Source: Burkholderiales bacterium | GTDB taxonomy: Bacteria > Patescibacteriota > Minisyncoccia > Phycocordibacterales > UBA9973 | Length of the DNA stretch: 64,000 nt | Assembly: GCA_023701005.1 (NCBI GenBank) | Contig: JAMPXW010000002.1 | Coordinates: 45,347-109,346, forward strand | Reading direction: 5' to 3' | Part shown: piece by piece, positions 49,118-56,914 of the stretch | Position numbering within the stretch: the stretch's first letter is position 1 | Layout: each line of letters starts with the position of its first letter | Made by a program: the position numbers and the translations under genes | Notes under the pieces: model-generated | What the model was told of the DNA's origin: nothing | The model's database searches: none | What the model saw: the letters and a program-made list of their open reading frames with translations, nothing else

Positions 49118-49630
49118 ATGTCAAGCAAACAAGAATATTCCAATAAAATACTTAAAATATTAGCTGAAAAACCAGCTGTACCTTTAGAGGCAATAAAGGA
49201 AAATAAGGATTCAAAGACAGGATATGCCCTTAATCGTTCAATAAAAAATCTTATAGAGTCTGGCTGTATCGAAATATTAAAATCAGATAATAGAGATTAT
49301 CTCAAATTAACAAAAAAAGGTAAAAATAAATTGAATTCTTTAAAACTTGAGGCCGATGGAGTACTAGTCTCTACTCATTGGGATGGATTATGGAGAATAA
49401 TTATTCTAGATATCCCAGAACAAAGAAAAAGTGAGCGAGAGGCTTTGAGATACCTACTAAAAAAAGCAAATTTCGTTTGTGTAAAAAACACTGTATGGAT
49501 ATCCCCTTTCCCTTATGAAAATCTTTTCACTAATATTAAAAAAGATTTAAACTTAGGCACAGAATTAATGATAATCGTCACAAATAAATTAGACGAAGAA
49601 ACAGCAAAAGCATTTAAATCAAGTTTTTAA
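49118..49630 (+). CDS. PaaX-like winged-helix transcriptional regulator (170 aa)
   Basis: 'HWDGLWRIIILDIPEQRKSEREALRYLLKKANFVCVKNTVWISPFP' fits the PaaX C-domain pattern WdGxW..V...iPE..R..R..LR..L...gF..l...vWisP. The N-terminus is wHTH-like. Confidence 0.55.
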   Translation: MSSKQEYSNKILKILAEKPAVPLEAIKENKDSKTGYALNRSIKNLIESGCIEILKSDNRDYLKLTKKGKNKLNSLKLEADGVLVSTHWDGLWRIIILDIPEQRKSEREALRYLLKKANFVCVKNTVWISPFPYENLFTNIKKDLNLGTELMIIVTNKLDEETAKAFKSSF

Positions 49631-51395
49631 AACCACCAGCTTGAAGATCCCAAAGTTTTTTATACAAACCATTTTCTTTCTTAGAAAGTTCTTCATGTTT
49701 TCCATCTTCTATTATTTTTCCTTTATCTAAAACAATTATTCTGTCCATCTGTCTTATCGTGGAAAGTCTATGAGCTATGACTATCGTCGTCTTCCCTTCT
49801 ATTAATTTATGCAACGCATCTTGAATCAAAGATTCTGAATGTGAATCCAAAGATGAAGTAGCCTCATCTAAAATGAGAATCGGTGCATCCTTTAATATCG
49901 CACGAGCTATAGCTACACGTTGTCTTTCTCCACCAGAAAGTTTTATTCCTCTTTCTCCGACATATGTCTCATAACCTTGTGGTAATTTATCTATAAAATC
50001 ATCACAATGGGCTAAGTGAGCGGCTTTTAAGACTTCTTCGTCAGTCGCATCTCTTCTTCCATAACGAATATTCTCCATCAAAGTACGATGAAATAAAACA
50101 GGATCTTGCGGTACGAAAGCAATCTGTTCTCTTAAATTCTCTTGAGATATTTTACTTATATCTACTCCATCGATTGTTATCTCTCCTTCTGTAAGATTAA
50201 ATAATCTCATTAAAAGACGTACGAAAGTCGTTTTACCTGCCCCTGAAGAGCCTACAATAGCTATCTTTTGTCCAGCTGGAACAATAAGCGAAAAATCATC
50301 CAACACCTTACTATTGTTATTTTTATAAACATAAGTGACTTTATTAAAAATCACTTCTCCTTTTGCATTGCTAATTTTTTTCTCAGTATTGTCTATTATT
50401 TCATAAGGAGTGCCTAAGATCAGAGCCATCTCTTGAGCATCTGCAAAACTATCGTAAAAAGTACGGACGATCATACCAAAGCTCCATAAATTTTCCAACA
50501 AACGAAGTAAATAGCTTTGTAATAAAACCATAACTGGCAAAGTAATCAAACCTAGTTTCCAGTCTCCAATAGCCAGCCAAAAAACTATAAACTCAATTAT
50601 TATCGAATAAAAACTTTGAATGGCGCCCAAGCCCTCCCATAAATACCAATTAAAAACTGTAGCTTTTCTTTGTTTTTCTATTGTTTCTCCTGTACGCTTT
50701 TCTTCAAATCTATGCCCTGTAAATATCTGGATAGAAGAGTGATTTGTAATAGCATCAGCCAATACTCCATTGGTCTTTGTATCAGCAAGAGCTGCTATGA
50801 CATCATATTTTAATTTATATCTAATATAAATAAAAGCTGTCAATAAAAATATTACACAAAAAATAGCTAACACAAGAGAATATTTAGGAAACAAAGTATA
50901 TATAGCCACCACCGTACCTACTCCTCTTATTAACAAAGGTAAACCATCCGCTATCATTCTGTCTGTTAATTTTTCAAAAGCTACTGCATATTTACTTATT
51001 TTTCTAGTTAAAGAACCACTAAAATTATTTGCAAAAAAAGAATTTGAATGCCCAATCATATAAGAAAAAGCCTGTTGCCTGAGTCCTGCCATAACCCCAG
51101 ATTCAAAATATGAAAGAGAAAACCCAGACAATCTCCTTACTCCCCAGCGAATTAAATTTAAAACTAAAATAAATATAATAATAGATTTAGCTACAGGAAC
51201 AACAGTAAAATCATTAACGCTTAAAACGTTCCATAACTTTAAAAATTGCAAAGGAATATATACATCTAAAATAGATGAAATCGTGGTAAATATGACTACA
51301 GAGAAAAAAGACACCTTAAAGTGTTTTATTACCTTCCAAAAATATTTAAGCACCAAACTTATGTGCAAATTTGAATAGTCTTTTTCCTTTTCCAT
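49614..51395 (-). CDS. ABC transporter permease/ATP-binding fusion protein (type I exporter, MsbA-like)
   Basis: Six-TM N-terminal domain. Walker A 'GSSGAGKTT'. Signature 'LSGGERQRVAIARA'. Walker B 'ILILDEATSSLD'. Confidence 0.85.
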   Translation of the reverse strand: MEKEKDYSNLHISLVLKYFWKVIKHFKVSFFSVVIFTTISSILDVYIPLQFLKLWNVLSVNDFTVVPVAKSIIIFILVLNLIRWGVRRLSGFSLSYFESGVMAGLRQQAFSYMIGHSNSFFANNFSGSLTRKISKYAVAFEKLTDRMIADGLPLLIRGVGTVVAIYTLFPKYSLVLAIFCVIFLLTAFIYIRYKLKYDVIAALADTKTNGVLADAITNHSSIQIFTGHRFEEKRTGETIEKQRKATVFNWYLWEGLGAIQSFYSIIIEFIVFWLAIGDWKLGLITLPVMVLLQSYLLRLLENLWSFGMIVRTFYDSFADAQEMALILGTPYEIIDNTEKKISNAKGEVIFNKVTYVYKNNNSKVLDDFSLIVPAGQKIAIVGSSGAGKTTFVRLLMRLFNLTEGEITIDGVDISKISQENLREQIAFVPQDPVLFHRTLMENIRYGRRDATDEEVLKAAHLAHCDDFIDKLPQGYETYVGERGIKLSGGERQRVAIARAILKDAPILILDEATSSLDSHSESLIQDALHKLIEGKTTIVIAHRLSTIRQMDRIIVLDKGKIIEDGKHEELSKKENGLYKKLWDLQAGGFKNLI

Positions 51396-51455
51396 AAAAA
51401 CAAAAATTCGGCATTTTCTGCCTTATTTTTACTATACCATATTAAATTATATTTT

Positions 51456-51492
51456 CCACTTTTCCCGGGCACCTGGTGTCCGGGAAAAGTGG
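51456..51492. other. GC-rich near-perfect 18-bp hairpin (CCACTTTTCCCGGGCACC-t-GGTGTCCGGGAAAAGTGG) between paralog copy G and the ABC exporter gene
   Basis: Seen in the sequence, with one mismatch. There is no flanking T-run on either strand, so it is not a canonical intrinsic terminator. Confidence 0.4.
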
Positions 51493-51532
51493 TGTGTTAT
51501 AATAAATACAAAACTAGTATCCTATCTAAGAG

Positions 51533-53275
51533 TTAATAAACTTCTTGTTGATAACAACGTTCACAATAGACTATTTCTTTTCTCTCGGGGGCATAAGAAG
51601 TCTCAAATTCATTATCACATCCCTCTTTCATGCATTTTCTTTTATATAATTTGATTCCATTTCGCATTTTTATGCGTTCGAAATGCCTACAATTAGGACA
51701 AAGTCTAGGAATTGGTATATTCATTCTTTTATAAAAAGAAAGTTCTGTCTCAGTTATTTTAAAAGCTTCTGTACAAGAACCATCACAATTCGATTCAAAA
51801 TGATTATTTTTACTATGATGTAAGCATTCAATGACCTTTCCTATTATACTAGAATCAATGCTTAAAATATCATCAGCTATATCTTCCTGTTTTATATCTA
51901 TTAAATAATTTCTTTTTTCTTCTTCTCTCCATTTATAACCCTTTTCTAAAATCTCACCTTTCATTAAAGGAAAATAATCCTGAGCCAAAGATTCATTGTA
52001 ACAAAAAGGAGACAAGTCAGATGGTAAAAACTCACCATATTTATAAATTACTCCTCTCTTATCTACATACGGAAGATCATTCATATGCTGTTTTATTTTT
52101 GGCAATAATTCTTCATATGCTTCTTTTGTATATTGTTTATTTAAAATACAATATTGTTTATTTCTAAGTCCAGAACAACCAAAAATGTTTGTACATCCAG
52201 TACAACTAAATGAATATTCACAATTTTGACAACCTTTGCTGCAACGATAGTTAAATTTATTATTAAAACAATCAGAACCTACAGAAGAACATTCATAACA
52301 TAATTCAGAATTCTCCCCCCATAAAGTACAATCATAACAATCTTTAAAATTTCGTGTAAAAAAAACTTGTATATATTTACTATCTTCTCCCCCAATTACA
52401 TAATAACTTTGATGAACATTTTTAGAATTATTTATGTATTCACCAGAAACATTATTATTATATCGACCTTCTAAAAATTTTCTTATATTTTTATTTAAAA
52501 TAATATCAGTCTTCCGCTTTGTTTTTTCTAATGCTTCATAAGAACCTAAATTGAAATCCCTAATAAATTTTTCATACTCTCCCTTAGAATATTGTTTATT
52601 AAAAACAAAATACTGCTTATTTCTTAAATTAGTACAACCAAAACAAGAATTACAACCAATTAAATCTCTGGAAAACCACACATCCATGCAGTTTTCACAG
52701 TGAGAAGAAAATAAAGTTCTATAACATTTAGTAAGGGCAAAGGATTGATAACATAATTCAGATGATTCAATTCTAGTTACATCTATTGAATTTTTTGTTC
52801 TATTAATTTCAGCACTATACATTGAATCTTCTGAAATCGCTGCAACAAACACTAAATAACAATTTTTTAAATCATGAGCCCCACTACAATAATCGCTGTT
52901 AACCATATCCCAAGAAGTTTGGCTAGGAATAGGAACATCTAAAAATAATTCTTTTAATTGGATAAAAAAATTTTTATTAAAGTCATATTCTCTACCATAA
53001 TCCAAGCTATTTAATTCATCAGACCACCAAATATCTCTCTCCCAAACTTTAAAGGGTGATTCTTGTGGAACGATAGAAAAAATAGTTTTTCCTGTTTTAT
53101 CACTTATTCTCTTATATAAAACACGATAATCACGAAAAGCCATTCTCCTAATCATCCTACACTCCGGGCAAAATGTAGGTGGAGGAACCTTTATTTTTTC
53201 ATAAAATTTAAAATCTTCTTGCTCGATTATGAAGTCTTTTTTACAATTCTGACATTGTCGGGTTTCGTTTTTCAT
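51533..53275 (-). CDS. Cys-rich zinc-ribbon paralog family protein, copy G (580 aa)
   Basis: 'CQNCKKDFIIEQEDFKFYEKIKVPPPTFCPECR' ... 'CTNLRNKQYFVFNKQYSKGEYEK' ... 'CSGLRNKQYCILNKQYTKEAYEEL' ... 'EIVYCERCYQQEVY'. Confidence 0.85.
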   Translation of the reverse strand: MKNETRQCQNCKKDFIIEQEDFKFYEKIKVPPPTFCPECRMIRRMAFRDYRVLYKRISDKTGKTIFSIVPQESPFKVWERDIWWSDELNSLDYGREYDFNKNFFIQLKELFLDVPIPSQTSWDMVNSDYCSGAHDLKNCYLVFVAAISEDSMYSAEINRTKNSIDVTRIESSELCYQSFALTKCYRTLFSSHCENCMDVWFSRDLIGCNSCFGCTNLRNKQYFVFNKQYSKGEYEKFIRDFNLGSYEALEKTKRKTDIILNKNIRKFLEGRYNNNVSGEYINNSKNVHQSYYVIGGEDSKYIQVFFTRNFKDCYDCTLWGENSELCYECSSVGSDCFNNKFNYRCSKGCQNCEYSFSCTGCTNIFGCSGLRNKQYCILNKQYTKEAYEELLPKIKQHMNDLPYVDKRGVIYKYGEFLPSDLSPFCYNESLAQDYFPLMKGEILEKGYKWREEEKRNYLIDIKQEDIADDILSIDSSIIGKVIECLHHSKNNHFESNCDGSCTEAFKITETELSFYKRMNIPIPRLCPNCRHFERIKMRNGIKLYKRKCMKEGCDNEFETSYAPERKEIVYCERCYQQEVY

Positions 53276-53276
53276 A

Positions 53277-54974
53277 TTAATAAACTTCTTGCTGATAACA
53301 CTTCTCGCAATAAACTATCTCAGGGCGTTCGGGGGCATAAGAAGTCTCAAATTCGTTATCACATCCCTCTTTCATGCATTTCCTATGCCAAAGCTTCATT
53401 GGGTTTTTAAGACTAAGCCTCATTTTATATCTTTCATCTTGATGAATTCTAGGTAATGGAATATCCATACGACGATAAAATTCTAATTCAAAAGGAGTAA
53501 TTTTAAAAGCTTTTTTTGTTATCAAACATTCTATAACTTCATTTAGAATAGAATGATCTACATCTTTTATATCATCTGGAATTTCTTCAGCTTTTTTTGT
53601 TATCACATATTTATTGTCGATCTTCTCTTTATATGAATATCCATTTTTTAATATTTCTTCTTTTGTAAGCAAAAAATGATCATTTGCAACTGTTTCATTA
53701 TATCCAAATGGAGAAAACTCAAAAGGAAAAAATTCACCATATTTATAAATATTACCAATACTATCTATGTAAGGCATCTCATCCATTTGTTTTTTTATTT
53801 TTCCTACTAATTCAAAGTATTCTTCCTTTGTATATTCTTTATTTAAAATACAATATTCTTTATTTCTTAAACCAACACAACCGAAAATATAACTAGAAGA
53901 TCCACAATAATCACTATATTCAACATGGCTTAAAGCTGGATAACCAGTAGTTATAAATTTTAAATTTTGACTATTTGTTGCACCACCAGAACTAAACTCA
54001 TAGACCAATTCTCCACTTAAATGACAAGTATCCATTACATCTTTTGAATTAACATCCCTATATGTATATTTTGAATTTTCAGTACCATAAGAATTAAAAA
54101 TGAAATTAGAAGATTTACAATTTCTTATATCATCCCCTTTTGAATTTATACAATTTGTTGTTCTAGCATATTTTCTTGGAAATTTTAATGAAAAATCCCA
54201 AAATTTATCAAAATTTTCTTTAAAAAATTTATAACTTCCAATATTTAAATTTTTTATTTTTTCAAAATATTCGTCTTTATCATATTCTTTATTCCAAATA
54301 CAATATTTTTTATTTCGTAAATTTACACAACCAAAACAATTCTGACAATTGACACAATCTAAAACGAAATTGGAATCAATACACGAAGAAGACCAATAAC
54401 AATATTTACAATTATAATTTTTTGTACATCCAATATTTTGATATATTAATTCACTTTCAGTTATATTATAAGAATCTACTACTAATTTTGAATTATCGAT
54501 ATTGCTTGAATAATAAACATTTTCTGAGCCAAATATAACAGAATATGAGAGATAAGCATTTTTTGCACCATCAACAAAATTAGCATATTCTACATTCAAA
54601 CAATTGCCAACTTGCCTAATAGCTGGACGAGGCACCTTATTAAACAATTCTCTCCATTGCACAAAAAAAGATTTTTTAAAATCATATTCTTGACTATATT
54701 TTAATGAATCCCAATCATCACTTTTCCAACATTCTGCACAATATACTGGGAAAACAACATTGGCATCATATACTGCAATTATTTTCTTATTACATAGGTC
54801 ACAACTGCGTTTATATAGAGAGCGCTCATTTCTCCAAATTAATCTACGAACAAGTCGACACTCCGGGCAAAATGTAGGTGGAGGAACCTTTATTTTTTCA
54901 TAAAATTTAAAATCTTCTTGCTCTATCTGAAAGTCTTTTTTACAATTCTGACATTGTCTTATCTCATTTTTCAT
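53277..54974 (-). CDS. Cys-rich zinc-ribbon paralog family protein, copy H (565 aa)
   Basis: 'CQNCKKDFQIEQEDFKFYEKIKVPPPTFCPECR' ... 'CVNLRNKKYCIWNKEYDKDEY' ... 'CVGLRNKEYCILNKEYTKEEYFEL' ... 'LWHRKCMKEGCDNEFETSYAPERPEIVYCEKCYQQEVY'. It lies 1 nt from copy G. Confidence 0.85.
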   Translation of the reverse strand: MKNEIRQCQNCKKDFQIEQEDFKFYEKIKVPPPTFCPECRLVRRLIWRNERSLYKRSCDLCNKKIIAVYDANVVFPVYCAECWKSDDWDSLKYSQEYDFKKSFFVQWRELFNKVPRPAIRQVGNCLNVEYANFVDGAKNAYLSYSVIFGSENVYYSSNIDNSKLVVDSYNITESELIYQNIGCTKNYNCKYCYWSSSCIDSNFVLDCVNCQNCFGCVNLRNKKYCIWNKEYDKDEYFEKIKNLNIGSYKFFKENFDKFWDFSLKFPRKYARTTNCINSKGDDIRNCKSSNFIFNSYGTENSKYTYRDVNSKDVMDTCHLSGELVYEFSSGGATNSQNLKFITTGYPALSHVEYSDYCGSSSYIFGCVGLRNKEYCILNKEYTKEEYFELVGKIKKQMDEMPYIDSIGNIYKYGEFFPFEFSPFGYNETVANDHFLLTKEEILKNGYSYKEKIDNKYVITKKAEEIPDDIKDVDHSILNEVIECLITKKAFKITPFELEFYRRMDIPLPRIHQDERYKMRLSLKNPMKLWHRKCMKEGCDNEFETSYAPERPEIVYCEKCYQQEVY

Positions 54975-55087
54975 ATAATTTAAAAATTCTTATGAAACCA
55001 TATTTTTACCCTAAATTTAATAGTCTGAAAAATCATCGGTAATATTTGTTTCAAATATTCTATTTTATTTTTAAATTTTTTCATCTT

Positions 55088-56869
55088 TTATATAAATTCT
55101 GCTTGATAACATTTTTCACAATATACTATTTCTTTTCTCTCGTCACTTATCGCTGTTTTAAATTCATTCTGACATGGGTTATCTCCATGGTCATGTTTTA
55201 TTGTATTTTTATATTCTTTATTACTTGATTCTACACCATTACACATACATTTTCTATACCAAAGTTTGGGTGGATTCTTTATCTTTAAACGCTCTCCGTA
55301 ACGACAATTTGGGCACAATCTTGAAAGAGCTACTTTCATTTGTCGATGAAAAGATAACTCATTTGGTAAAATACGAAATGCATTTGTGCATTGTTGATTA
55401 CATTCTCCTTTATGTGCGCACTCAAAAACCTCATTTAATATATCATCAGACACAATATCTATATCATCTGGCATGTCTTCTGATTTTTTGGTTATTTTAT
55501 AATCTCTTTCTTTTTCATCATACCATTTAAAACCTTTCTTAATTGCTTCTTCTTTCGTCAATGGAAAATAATTTTGAGCCTGCGTCTCATTATAAGACCA
55601 AGAGGATAATTCATAAGGAAAAAATTCTCCGTATTTATATACTCTTCCTTTACTATCTATATATGGCATATCATTCATATGCTTTGTTATCTTAAAGACT
55701 AGCTCTTCATATTCTTCTTTTGTGTATTGTTTATTCAAAATACAATAAGATTTATTTCTTAATTTAGTACAACCAAAAAGATTATTACAAAAATAAACTC
55801 TATCGGAATAAATGATATCTGTTGATTCATTACAACCACGACTTAAAAAACATCTTTGCGAATGTTCAACCCCATTAACTTCATATAATAAATTCGAAAC
55901 GTCTCCTCCAAAAGTAACATCAATACTATCTTTTAAGAGCAAACCTCCTAAAAAAATAAATTTACAATCTTCTACTCCTCTTAAAACAGAAAAACAATTC
56001 TTACAATTCTTAGTATTTTGAATATCATCACCAGATATATTTACAGAATTTTTTATATAAGCAAATTTCCTTGGAATTTGATAATAAAATTTCCAAAACT
56101 CTTCTTTTGCTTTTTGTAAAATCTTGTAATTACCCAAGTTCCATCTTTCTATCTCTTTTTTATATTCTTCTTTTGTATATTGTTTGTTAAAAATACAATA
56201 TTTTTGATTTCTTAAGTTCACACAACCGAAACAGTTAGAACAACCTACACAATTAAAAAGAAAGGCTGAATCAATACATTCATCTGAAAAATAAATAAAT
56301 TTTGTATTATATCCAGAATTAGAATTCAAATTTTCGTATACATGATCTACATTTAAAACACCATCCGAATCTATTGAATCCTTAGAAAAAACAGGAACCT
56401 GGCAATTATAACAATTTATAGATTCATACCCATCAAAACAAAGTACACAATTTTTAGATCGTGTGTTCCCATTAGAATAGAAACAGTCAATAGACCCTTT
56501 TTGAAAAATCGACTGAAAAGGTACAACCTTTAATAAGTCTTTAAATTGTTCAAAAAATGACCTAGAGAAATCATAATCCCTGCCATAATCCGTAGCATCC
56601 CAAGAATCTTTCCACCAACAATCTGAACAATAAACTAAAAAAGAATTTTCCTTGTTATATATACTTATTATTTCTTTTTTACAACTATCACAATTTATTT
56701 TATACAGAGATCTATTCTCTCTATAACATAAACGTCTCACGAGTCTGCACTCTGGACACCAAGTTGGCGGAGGGACTTTTATTTTTTCATAAAATTTAAA
56801 ATCTTCTGGCTCGATTATGAAGTCTTGTTTACAATTTTGGCATATCTTGTTTTCACTTTTATATTCCAT
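55088..56869 (-). CDS. Cys-rich zinc-ribbon paralog family protein, copy I (593 aa)
   Basis: 'CQNCKQDFIIEPEDFKFYEKIKVPPPTWCPECR' ... 'CVNLRNQKYCIFNKQYTKEEYKKE' ... 'CTKLRNKSYCILNKQYTKEEYEEL'. There is a C-terminal insertion before 'EIVYCEKCYQAEFI'. Confidence 0.85.
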   Translation of the reverse strand: MEYKSENKICQNCKQDFIIEPEDFKFYEKIKVPPPTWCPECRLVRRLCYRENRSLYKINCDSCKKEIISIYNKENSFLVYCSDCWWKDSWDATDYGRDYDFSRSFFEQFKDLLKVVPFQSIFQKGSIDCFYSNGNTRSKNCVLCFDGYESINCYNCQVPVFSKDSIDSDGVLNVDHVYENLNSNSGYNTKFIYFSDECIDSAFLFNCVGCSNCFGCVNLRNQKYCIFNKQYTKEEYKKEIERWNLGNYKILQKAKEEFWKFYYQIPRKFAYIKNSVNISGDDIQNTKNCKNCFSVLRGVEDCKFIFLGGLLLKDSIDVTFGGDVSNLLYEVNGVEHSQRCFLSRGCNESTDIIYSDRVYFCNNLFGCTKLRNKSYCILNKQYTKEEYEELVFKITKHMNDMPYIDSKGRVYKYGEFFPYELSSWSYNETQAQNYFPLTKEEAIKKGFKWYDEKERDYKITKKSEDMPDDIDIVSDDILNEVFECAHKGECNQQCTNAFRILPNELSFHRQMKVALSRLCPNCRYGERLKIKNPPKLWYRKCMCNGVESSNKEYKNTIKHDHGDNPCQNEFKTAISDERKEIVYCEKCYQAEFI

Positions 56870-56914
56870 AATTTTTTCTTAACACTTTTGGACGACCGTC
56901 TGAACCTGATAACA

